From Bugula neritina (lineage: Eukaryota > Animalia > Bryozoa): a stretch of DNA of 31,757 nt. The stretch lies in the NCBI GenBank assembly GCA_964035545.1, contig CAXIUT010000227.1, forward strand, positions 35,554 to 67,310, written 5' to 3'. The position numbers were made by a program, and so were the translations under genes. The notes beneath the pieces were generated by a model. It was not told the origin of the DNA, made no database searches, and worked only from the letters and a program-made list of their open reading frames with translations. Positions within the stretch are counted from its first letter, which is position 1. The number at the start of each line of letters is the position of its first letter. This document shows positions 1 to 10,965 of the stretch, one piece after another.

Positions 1-78
1 CCCAACCCCAACCCCAACCCAGAACCCCAACCCCAACCCCGAACCCAACCCCCAACCCCAAACCCCAACCCCAACCCC
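1..78. repeat. Left telomere, (CCCCAA)n
   Basis: Tandem C4A2 repeats with a few irregular units at the window start. Tetrahymena-type ciliate telomere repeat. Confidence 0.97.
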
Positions 79-179
79 ATAACTTCGCAATTATATTGAA
101 GAAATATAGTCTCTGAAAATATAATAATGATTTGTTAAATAATAATTCAAGAGAATAATTATATTTTGATTTATTGGTA

Positions 180-2070
180 TCAAATGCCAACATCATGTTT
201 TTATTTTTCTGATTTGTATTGAGTTCCAGAGTTTTTGACTGTATTGGTTTCAGCATCTCTTTTCAAATATGTTTGGGCATCTGAATCGACTCTGAAGTTT
301 TGAAAGAAGTGTTTGATCTCCTCTTGTTTGAGTCTTTCGAATGTTAGCCATCTGAATTGCCTTCTTTCTGAGCTACCATTCATTCCAACAATAGTGAGGA
401 TCAATATTTTTCTCAACAAAGTGAGTTGGAGTTTCAATTCCCTTGTCCACCATCAGCTTATTCTTAATTCCTCCTTCAACAGCCTGGGTTTACAAGACTT
501 AGTTTGACCTATATAGCAAAAAGACTAACATTCTTAAAGGCATCTTAAAGTCTCAAAAAGTAAATCAACTCAGGATGCTTCCTACATTCTGAAAAGAACT
601 CCAAGAAGATAGAATTATGGTTCTTTCATAAAGTCTTGAATGCCTTCAACACTTGCAAAGACACTATTTTTTATCTTTATATTTATATACTCCCTAAATC
701 AGGTTCTCCAGGAATCAGCAAACTACTTTAAAAGATAGCTACCCATTATGTTTGACAAGAGACCAGATGCAAAATCCTAAATAGTCACAGTCTTTTTTGC
801 ATAAAATCTGGAGAATTGGAAGGCATGAAAATATCAATACCACTGTTAGGATCTTCGACTATCTCTTCAACATTTTAGGCAGGAAGAGATTCAAGTATTT
901 CGCACACTTTTTAATGAAACTTCGAAGAGAGACTGAAGAGGAAAACCTTTTCTATATTCTTTCAAACAGGGTATAAAGATGAACTTTGTCTTAGAAATAT
1001 TTTCTCTCTTAGAAAATGGAAACATAGGCTTTGAGCTAGGATAGCAAACTTGGGATTAGACTTGTTCTTTAGGAGCACTACTTTTGGCTCCAAGTAAAAT
1101 TTTTAAGTCCTCGATTTATCTTGAATACTTAAGAGAATTAGTCTCAAAAGCTCCTTCTGATGATTAGATTTATTGGGCTAAATTTATCAAAAATGATTTA
1201 TACTGTCTGATGAAGGTAAGTTAATTTTTCAATCTTTTAAATTCAGCTGCCTGTAGATCAAGTTTTCCTTTCTGATATGTTCTAAATACCTGTCCATATT
1301 TTTCTGATTGTTCTGTGATATCTTCGACCTATTTTACAATAAGATCTTTGATACTTGTGGCTTAATTGTTCAGAAGTTAATTTATTTTGAGAAGACCTGA
1401 TCCACCTTTACCGATTTCTTGGTTAAATAGTCTGATTCCAATAACTAAGTTTGACAATTCGACAAGTTTGTTACTAGCTTTTATGAAGAGCATAAGGTTA
1501 CAAAGGAGCTAAAGCTGCTCTAGGAATAACACTTTTAAAGAGCAGCAGCTACTTATTTTTAAATTTTGCTGATATTTTATCTAAATTTTGTTCTTTTCCC
1601 GTGATGGATTTATTTTTGAAAAGAAGAAAGTTGTAAATCTTTTTATATAACTGACTGAGTCCTTCAAATCTTTTGCATTTTTCACTTCATGATTTGTCAC
1701 TTGGTCTGTATGCTCTCCAGAAGCTATTGCCTAGTTTTGAGTCTAAGTTTGCTTGCGTATTTAAGTTTAAAGAAATTAAGTGTCATAGCCTAAGTGGGAT
1801 TGGAATTTGTACTTATTTGTAGAGAGATGATTTTCATTTATAGAGATTCTTTGGTAAATATTTTTTTGACTGCAGCTTCTTTAACTTCTCTCATTTCTGA
1901 TTCTGAGAGTTTATCTTCAAGATAAAACTTTTAGGTTCCTAGATAGAGAGCAAGCTACTTGGGTTATAGATGGTTTGTGCGATAAAACTAGCCATGACTT
2001 AGGTGATGGGAGTATCATTTTATCTGCAACGATAGAGAATATATTTGATAACTTAACTCAACTGGTCCAT
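180..2070 (-). CDS. CFAP206: Cilia- and flagella-associated protein 206
   Basis: With TAR=Glu the translation gives MDQLSEVIKYILYRCREND..., GIRLFNQEIGKGG and NIDPHYCWNEWELRKKAIQMAN, matching remembered CFAP206 motifs (GIRLFNR..GKGG; WNEWELRRKA). Introns at 1939-1958 and 1790-1812. Several indel frameshifts make the 3' end approximate. Confidence 0.88.
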
Positions 2071-2080
2071 ATGAAGTTAT

Positions 2081-2200
2081 ATTTATGATAATAATGATTA
2101 GACAGTTTATTTATGATAATGATACTGATGATTAGGTAGTTTATTTATGATAATGATAATGATGATTAGGTAGTTTATTTATGATAATGATATTGATGAT
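2081..2200. repeat. 34-bp tandem repeat, about 3.5 copies, just upstream of CFAP206
   Basis: Unit approximately GATGATTAGGTAGTTTATTTATGATAATGATA(C/A/T)T. Confidence 0.85.
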
Positions 2201-2234
2201 TTGATAATTAATTTATGTATTCGTTTGAAGATCA

Positions 2235-3228
2235 TCATTTCTCCCGTTTTATATTTGAAAAAATGAGCTTTTCAGTGGTCTTGTAAATCATGTTTTCTTA
2301 CTGCAACTTACTTAGAATCTTTTGGGAAAACTTTGAACTGAAGAGATAAAATGATTATTAACTAACTGGTTAAGATTCTGGTTCACAAGATTCGGTCAAG
2401 TGGCCTATCTAGATGCCCTCCTTTCTCGTTGAAATCTTAAATGTACTGCATGAAAACTCTTTCAATATGTGTGAAGAGTTCCTTTTTGATGACAAAGAAT
2501 ATCTTTTTGGACTATTCCTCTTTTCTTTAAAGTAAGTAGCTAGCTTTGTTCATTTCTGATAGTGCAATATTGATGACTTTTTAGAAGTAGGCCTTGGTAA
2601 TTTTAGCCGATTTGGCGTAAATTTTTCCTTCTCTGGAGCTGGCGAGCATGTCGCTGTTGATTTGATAGCTCTGATGTCAGGAGTTGAATTAGAAGACCAT
2701 AAAAGCATAGCTCATAATAAAAGTTTTAAGCTATAACATTTAATAGGTTGTTTATTGAGTTTTGTTTTGACTTTATTTCAGGAGACAACCTTTATATTTT
2801 TTTAAAATATAGATCAGCTTAATATTTAGGAAATTATTTGAAGCTGCTTCAATACTGTACTCAAATTATTTTTAAGGAGTGATTTGTTTGTATGAGCGGA
2901 CGTGCAGTTTTAAGAAGCTGAAAGCATTTTTAGTCCCTCCCAAGACTTTTTTATAACCTTCTCCTAACACTATCATGCTACTTCCTCTTTTGGGAAAGGA
3001 GTCTTCTTACAAGAAGTCGCTATACATGATTTCGCATTCGGCTGTTTCTGTTCCATCAGATACTAGATAAAAAGGAAGTTACGATGGAGGGAAAATTGTT
3101 AGTCATGCTTGGTGATTTTTAGGAGCACTCCAACAAACTTTCCAAAGAGTGTGTCTTAAACCGTGGCAAAATGGAGCTAACACAGCTGGTGGACTAAAAG
3201 CATTTGATGAGAGGCGCGGAATTTACAT
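2235..3228 (-). CDS. OB-fold plus winged-helix protein, STN1/RPA32-like
   Basis: KFVGVLLKITKHDEQFSLHLSDGTETAECEI resembles the STN1/RPA2 OB strands (xDDxTG motif). The C-terminal ILSKLQEENMIYKTT..HFFKY resembles the RPA32/STN1 terminal winged helix. Intron 3063-3082. Contains frameshifts and one in-frame TGA. Confidence 0.5.
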
Positions 3229-3492
3229 TTGAGTCAATTTTATATTTATAAAGGTCTAAAGTCATATCTGTGACTTAAACACACACTAAAATTATATAGC
3301 CTTTGAAAAGATTCAAATATTGCTCTTTTTAAAACAAAATGATAAATAAAAGTTGAAATATCGATTTCTATCATAATTTACAAAAATAGATTATCTTTTG
3401 CTTTAACTGTCCAATTTGTTGTATATAATAGAAATAATCTTAAGCTATTAATTTAGATAAGGCTAAATAAGATATCATAATGAATGGTTTTA

Positions 3493-5332
3493 TCATAATT
3501 TATAAGCCTAGACATACTGTGTAAACTGATCGATAATATTTCCATGGCTGTCATAAGCAAAGTGATCGACTTTATCCGCATAGATTTCGCTCAGCACATG
3601 TTATTGCTTTTACTGTATGCATCAAAAAGATTAACTGTGATATCAGGATGACACATCTCTGATATAATAGCTCATAAGCACCATCTCCAAGATACACTGT
3701 CCCATTCTACTGAGGAGTGTTGCCCTATCAAAAGGTTTAGTTCTTTTAAAGGCTATGAAACGTGATTTTCAAAGGCTGCCATCACTTTGTATTTATCGAA
3801 GTTTGGAACCCAATGGAATAGAGCATAAAGGTATCGAGTAGGATTTCGATCAAAAGCTAACAAACTGAGTAGATAGGCACATGATAGTTGACAAATTTTA
3901 TTTTGTTTTTTATTTTTATTCAAAGCCATTGATCATTACTTGTTTCTGGTGTCTAAATAATGAGATAAATACCCTTAGAAGTGGTGTAAGTATCCACTGT
4001 CTAAAACTAAATAATAAACATTAGCAAAACTAATACCAAAAACGCTGCTTCTATGTTTGAGTGGAGGAACTCTTTTGATAATATGACCATCTAAATTTCT
4101 ATCATAGTGTTGAGGGAAGTATAAGAAGTATGCCGGCCCATAGTTATTAACTGTGATGTTGATACCTGGAAGTTCATTTAACCCCACATCGTGATTACCT
4201 ACTCCAGCTACGATAGGCATCAAGTAGCCGAGAGTAGAAGTCAATCGTCCATACATTCCTAGGAAGTAAGTCCCATGTGTAGCGCAGGCAGGCATGTTGT
4301 CATCATATGCGATATCTCCTCCTATGAAGAAGATATCAGGAGAAAGTTTGGTAGCTATCTTTGAGAGGTTGACTGCAGCGTGAGTATAGCCAGAATCTCC
4401 AGCGTTGATCATTCTGATTGGTCTTGAGTTATTGAAGGAAGAGTGCGGTAGATGGCATTGGTCCAGTACTGATTGTTATAGAAAACCTTTGTGAGGTACT
4501 TGGTGTCAGGTTGAAGTCCTGTTATCAACGCAGAGTGAACTTTCTTGAAGCTTTCCATTCAATTCCAGGGTAATCATATCCTTCAGCTGTGACATTTTTA
4601 AATTTGGTTGGTCTTAGGTGTAAAGTTCCTGATAGAATACAGTCACTTTATCGACTGAAGGATGAGTATGCAGATTCAAAAAGAAAGCATAAGATGGATC
4701 TTAAGGAACTGTAGCGTACATTTGGACATGTCTACCCACTGGACAAGATTATTTGAGGGAAAGCATCTGCTTAAATAAGTATTGACACCAAAACCAAGAG
4801 ACTCATTGTAGTATCCTACCTCACAGTTATAAAAAGATAGACAAGTCTTGTACATCAAGCATGGAAACACTACAGCACAGATGGCAGCTATTTTTAGTTT
4901 TTTTTTGGATTAGGGAGTCAATTGAAGACATAGTTTCAGGTATCTTTTAAGAGTGGGCAAACGATGAATGATTTGTTATTTGTGATTCCATTTTTGTCTG
5001 CCATTATCAAGAAAGATTTGAATAGTTGAAATTAGCATCATTCCTACATCCCCTTCGAAAATATTGATTCCGTCGAAGGGCACTCCAAATCAGAGGAATC
5101 ATCGTAAGACTTATCCATGCTCCATTAAAGCAAATGTCCTTCGTTTTAGTGATCCAGGGCTTTTTGTAGAAAGGATTTGCTGATACTTTTTTATACTTTG
5201 CTGATGATGGAGGTATACTAGTCCAAAAAGAAAGGCAATTGCAAGAAGAACAGCAGTTCCAATGGTTGCAAACCACTGGTAGTAGTTGAGATATTTGCCC
5301 TAGAGGTAAGGGATCCAGTCGAATTTAGCCAT
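3493..5332 (-). CDS. Membrane-anchored purple acid phosphatase / calcineurin-like metallophosphoesterase
   Basis: Motifs AGDSG, GGDIAY, GNHD, AFENH and GTVYLGDGAY. FN3-like VHSALITGLQPDTKY segment and N-terminal hydrophobic segments. Intron 3953-3972. Contains frameshifts. Confidence 0.88.
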
Positions 5333-5424
5333 AGTAGATATTTTATTAATAAATATCAAAACTAAGTGTTATCATACTGTTAAACTATTGAATGATAAGA
5401 TATCATTTTAAACTATTTGAGATA

Positions 5425-6270
5425 ATACTGCTATTCAACAATAGTAGTAGTTAGTACTATTCAATAATAGTAGTATTAATTAATACTATTGAGTAATATA
5501 GTAGTAGTTGCTAGTACTAATTCAATAATAGAGTATTAGTTAATACTATTGAGCAATATAGTAGTAGTTGCTAGTACTATTCAATAATAGAGTATTAGTT
5601 AATACTATTGAGCAATATAGTAGTAGTTGCTAGTACTATTCAATATAGAGTATTAGTTAATACTATTGAGCAATATAGTAGTAGTTGCTAGTACTATTCA
5701 ATAATAGAGTATTAGTTAATACTATTGAGTATATAGTAGTAGTTGCTAGTACTATTCAATAATAGAGTATTAGTTAATACTAATTGAGCAATATAGTAGT
5801 AGTTGCTAGTACTATTCAATAATAGAGTATTAGTTAATACTATTGAGCAATATAGTAGTAGTTGCTAGTACTATTCAATAATAGAGTATTAGTTAATACT
5901 ATTGAGCAATATAGTAGTAGTTGCTAGTACTATTCAATAATAGAGTATTAGTTAATACTATTGAGCAATATAGTAGTAGTTGCTAGTACTATTCAATAAT
6001 AGAGTATTAGTTAATACTATTGAGCAATATAGTAGTAGTTGCTAGTACTATTCAATAATAGAGTATTAGTTAATACTATTGAGCAATATAGTACTATTCA
6101 ATAATAGAGTATTAGTTAATACTATTGAGTAAATATAGTAGTAGTTGCTAGTACTATTCAATAATAGAGTATTAGTTAATACTATTGAGTAATATAGTAG
6201 TAGTTGTTAGTACTATTCAATAATAGTAGTATTAGTTAATACTATTGAGTAATATAGTAGTAGTTAATAT
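5425..6270. repeat. 59-bp minisatellite, about 14 copies, between divergent genes
   Basis: Unit AGTACTATTCAATAATAGAGTATTAGTTAATACTATTGAGCAATATAGTAGTAGTTGCT. Consecutive 60-nt lines shift by 1 nt, which gives a period of 59. Confidence 0.97.
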
Positions 6271-6293
6271 TATTTCAATAATCTATATCTTTA

Positions 6294-7822
6294 ATGTAAA
6301 CATAAAAATTACTCCAGAAGGTGGGTGACCGTAATTCATTCCAAATCTACTCTATAATCTTTGTTAGTGCCAAATGGTTGGTGGTATCTTTGACTGTTTT
6401 TCTTCCTAGTTATCTTTTCATGGCTCCAACTTTTACTTGTGGTTCTTAGGAAAATGTCAAAGAAGTTGACGCTTGTCCCAAAATAGCTTAATGCAAAATC
6501 TAACAAATCTACACCATAACTAATTATGCAGATCTTTATTGCGACCAGCAATTCGTTAGAAATTCTATAATATCTGCTTAGTTTATCGGGGAGTGTGTGG
6601 GTTGATTCTTCTTTCGATACTAGCAGATAAAATAGGTAGAAAAATTATCATTGTCTCTACTCTTTTCATTTCTTCTCTTGGAACTGGATGTATTATCTTT
6701 ATAAATAGTAATGACTTTAGGATCATATTACCTTCAAATCCCTCTCATCTACGTAGGCATCATTTTGATGGGTTTTGGAGGATATTCTTTGACCATGGTC
6801 TCATATTCATACTTGAGCTAAATCAGTTGTGATTCTTGGAGACAAAGAAGTTTGATCATGACCTATGCCTTTTGGTACTTTTGTTTTGAAGTAGGGCAGT
6901 TGGATAAATCATGTTATACCCCATCATTACCTGGATTCAAGAGTGGCTGTACATCTGCGTCTTTATCTTTTGCGTTCCTCTGCTGTACTCTTTATGATGT
7001 CACTATTTTTAATAGAACCTCCTGAATTCTTTTTCACTCAAAAAAGGTATACTGAGTGTTTGAATAGTTTGAACTATATAGCCAAATTCAATGGAAAGCC
7101 TCTTCTTGATAAAATAGACTAAATCCATAAAGAGTAGGCAGCTCAGCAAGAGACAGTAAAGTTGTAGGACACTTTTTTCAAGGCTAAATACTTGATTCCA
7201 CTAATCGTTTTAAGTTTTGCCCAGGCGTGCAATAATGGTTTTTTACTACACAATTCAATATTCAGTTGATGACTATGGCTATCGTTTTAAATCAATATGC
7301 TAGTGATAGGTTGTTTGTAGTTATCAGTTGCTTTTTTACTAACTTCTTTTGCGATAAAATGAAAAGAAAGCTATGGATAGTTATACTGATGATTTTGTCT
7401 GGAGTTTTTGGAATTTTGGTTGAAGTAACTGATAATCAACTGACTGATATTATCTTTTGGGGCATTAGTAGATTGTTCAACACAGTTGGATTTGCTCTTT
7501 TTGGACTTATCTCTTCCTAAACTTTTCCTACTGCTATCAAGTCTACAGGTCTAGGAATAACTGAAGCGATGTCTAACTTGGGCAATATGGGAGCTCCTTT
7601 TATTGTAACTTTTTCCCAAAGTTTAAGAGTAAAAGCTGTATTTTTGGAGGATTTTTAAATTTAGCAGGTGGGGCTTCAATGTTGATAGTTAAGGAAACTA
7701 AAATAGATAAGATAGTATAAGATGAGAAGGATAAGCCATAAGAAATGCAAAAAAGTTCATAAGAACTAGATTCTTTATAAAAGAACTTACTTGTTAAAGT
7801 AAAATAAGCTAAATAGTAGTGA
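6294..7822 (+). CDS. MFS transporter, SLC22/organic cation transporter-like
   Basis: METEKLLQKVGDRNSFQ, TITNYADLYCD, LADKIGRK, YLSEIS, SSETFPTAIKSTGLG and multiple TM helices. Introns 6690-6708 and 6875-6894. TGA at 7820-7822. Confidence 0.9.
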
Positions 7823-7859
7823 TCAGCATATCTAAATATCATTATAAATAATACTAATT

Positions 7860-9151
7860 GAAAGAAGAAGAAGCAATATATAAACATCACTGTTTCTTTT
7901 TTTAATCTACTCTTTCTGGTTGATTTTACCAAACTTTCTTGTGATTTAGCACTGATTCCAAATATAAACTATAGTGGCTATTCCTGCGAAAATGAGGTAG
8001 AGGTCACTCCACAACTTATTGATTTACTAGTTTCCTAGCTATATTACTTATTTTCTATGCTGATAGTAGGTATCAACAGACATGGATATTTTATTGAAAA
8101 CATTGATCAGTGCTACTATTTAATTTCTTTTGTAAGGAGTGGGGTAGCCTAGTAGTATTTTCAGAGCTGTTCCTATGCCATACGTTTGCATCTTACCAAA
8201 TATTCTACATTTCTAGCATTAAACACAGTTAAGAATATTAGAAATATTGTGGATGTATCTTTGATACTGCTTTACCATTGGATTATCTCTGGTAAAAAAT
8301 GTTAAAAACTATTCCTCTCCAATAAACAAATCATACCCTTCCAACTAACTCATCAAAGTGATTATCAGCTATCTTGCCTTAACATCCTATTGGAAGTTGT
8401 CTGACTGGATGGTTAGATTATGTCTGAAGTAAGGAGCAGCTTATGTGATTGATTTGGCGAGCAATCTATACAAGAATAATAGATTTTTTATTCTTTAAGG
8501 ATGGTTGAGCACTCTTGACTCGTACTCTGTTGAGTTGAAGTTAAATTTTTAGTTGGTGTTGGTTTTGAGATCGGCCCATAGATTTTGTTATTCTGAGTGT
8601 TTGTAGAATCGACTGAGATGGGTGGAAATGCTTGTGTGAAGGCCGCTGATTATGTTGTAAAATATTTTCTATTCAAAACAACATCTACGAATATTGCTTC
8701 ATTGATCTGAAACAGTTCTACTCGTAGACCAAGTTCCAGATAGAAGAGCCATTGTAGTTAGTGGAAAGATTCAATATTGGTATTAATGTCAAAATATTCC
8801 CCTTTATCGTTTGCTTAGTCTTCTACATGCCAGACCCAGCCAGCCCTATCCTTCTACCTTTCATCAAGCCCACAGATCTTTTGATTTTATGTGACTTCTT
8901 ACCTTCTATCTGTTCATCCAAACCTCAGGAATATCTTGCTCGTTGCATCTACACACTGCACAACTTTTACTCCTACAAATCCTTTTCATCAGACCTAGCT
9001 GACACTCTTGGTTGACATTGAGCCTGATGATCCTAAAGTACTTGGTTTGCGTGAGTTTTTAGAGAAGAGGGGCTATTTTTTTGATTTACCGATTGGAGAT
9101 TATCTTCTTGAAGATAAGGGACAAATTGAAGCATAAAGAATCCTAGAATGA
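7860..9151 (+). CDS. Hypothetical protein
   Basis: Long TGA-poor frame under table 30 ending ...DKGQIEAERILE-TGA. Start not resolved, frameshifts present, no recognised motif. Confidence 0.55.
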
Positions 9152-9393
9152 GAGAACAATCGGTAGTAGAATGTCTGGATTTTCATGGAGTTATTTGGTA
9201 ACTATTATTTAATATGTAAAAACGTATATATAATTAGCCAACCACAATAAACTTATTATTGATATTTTTTTTTTCAATATAACATTTTATTCAATAGCTT
9301 ATAAAAATTAATAGTTTATATTTTGATCAGATTCTAAAAGAAAAATATATATAAATCATTACTTGGTTCATTCTGTACTTATAATTCTTTGTT

Positions 9394-10842
9394 ATGATAA
9401 AACTTGTCTACAATTCTAAGAAAAAAATAGTGAAACATGATGACCGCTCATTCTTGTAGTTGCGATAAGTCATCAAAACTAACTTTCCTTAAGTCTCAGC
9501 TGACTATTCTCTCTCCTATCTTGATTAAGATTAAGATTAAATTTGCCTGAACTCTGACTAGGATCTTGCTAACATGCTTAACTCCAATCACAAAATGCAT
9601 AAGGTCTATATCAAACAAAGTTTGTCTCAGACTATCGTCCTTGACCTGGAAAGATCTGATATTATTGAACCTAGTTTTGAAGCTTAATGTTAAAAAAAAA
9701 GATGAAAAAGATTTAAAGTAAAAAAGAGGAAGAAGAAAGTGACAGGTTCGCTAAATTTAAGGAAGAAGAGAAAAGAATTGATATTATATAATAAGTAAAA
9801 TAAGTTGAAGCTAAAGAAGTTAAAGAGGTTAAAGAAGTTAAAGAAGTTAAAGAAGTGAAATAAGTCTAGGATGAAAAAAAATGATGAAAAAGTAGAAGAA
9901 TAGAAAGAGAAGGAGTTGGCAAAAGAAGATAAACCTTTTTCATGGTCATAGAATGTTAATAAAGTGATATAAAAAAGAATAGATAAAATAAAAAGTTGAA
10001 GAAAAGAGTGAGGAATAATCTAAAAAAGAGGATAAAACTTCCTAATAAAAAAAGGTAGTCACAATATCACCAAATAATTACTAAATAGCACAGTTAGATC
10101 AAATAAGTGAAGCCAGTTCCAGCATTGAAGATGTAAGTTCCTCCTGAAAAAAGAGTAGTAGTATCATTTGATTCTCCTAGGTAAAAACCCAGCTATCCCA
10201 GAAGCTAAAAAATCAGTTACAAGAGCTAAAATATTTGGAAAAGTAGAATAAGAAGTTCCAAAAAAACATTCTCCAGTTAAAGAATCAGAGTTATTGGTTC
10301 ATGGTATTATTTGCTCTAACTGCCTTGATTAGTTTGGCATTATTGGAATAACGTTATCAATGCATTCTTTGTGACAACTTCAACCTATGCAGCAATTGTG
10401 AATCCCTCTTAGATCATGAACATTCTTTGGTTAAAGTGAAAAAGCCTGAACAAGGCCATAAAAAAAGATGATCTGATTCAAAAGTTTAAGAAAGAGATTT
10501 ATGTTAAGCCAATTGATACCTGAAGGGCACTATATTCCTTCAGTGAATAAGGAAGAAGCAGTTAAAATGATTTAAACAGCTAAGGAAGCTTACAAAAAAG
10601 GAATGGCTCGAAGTCAGTAGTTGATGGAAACAATTTTCTTCAAGATGGATATGAATCATGCAAACCCTGTAGAAGTGGCTAAACCTATTTTGAAAAAAGA
10701 AGAAACTTTGCATACAAAAGCTAGATACCTCCAGGATGTTGTAGGCATTAACTATCATGAGGCATAAAGGTTTGCCAGGCAGTATCCTCTTTTGAGTTCT
10801 TAAAGAATTCTTTAAACTTATTTCAGCATGAAAAACATATGA
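9394..10842 (+). CDS. PB1 + ZZ zinc-finger protein (p62/NBR1-like architecture)
   Basis: PB1 acidic OPCA motif YLDEDEDEICLNSDEDL. E/K-rich linker. ZZ finger HGIICSNC...RYQCILCDNFNLCSNCESLLDHEH. Short helical C-terminus. Confidence 0.82.
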
Positions 10843-10900
10843 TTTGCCCTCATTATTGATTAAATTATCTAAATATAATTATCTCATAAAAATCAGAAAT

Positions 10901-10965
10901 GGGGGTTGGGGTTGGGGTTGGGGTTGGGGTTGGGGTTGGGGTTGGGGTTGGGGGTTGGGGTTGGG
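10901..10965. repeat. Internal (GGGGTT)n tract, right telomere of segment 1
   Basis: G4T2 array starting 58 bp after the PB1-ZZ stop codon. Confidence 0.95.

Noticed and set aside
2677-2679. In-frame TGA suggesting UGA=Trp/Cys/Sec readthrough
   Set aside because: It is an isolated case in the error-rich segment. Conserved Trp positions elsewhere use TGG and genes end in TGA. It needs read-level confirmation.
5425-6270. CRISPR-like array
   Set aside because: The units are contiguous with no unique spacers, there are no cas genes, and the context is eukaryotic.
180-10842. Pseudogenes or programmed frameshifting in segment 1
   Set aside because: The frameshifts are scattered single-base indels, often in homopolymers, and the left telomere is also irregular. 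Genes in 24043-31569 are intact, so sequencing error is the simpler explanation.
10860-10900. Shared AATATAA-like subtelomeric breakage motif
   Set aside because: Its spacing from the telomere varies, the motif is expected by chance in AT-rich DNA, and four ends are too few to test.
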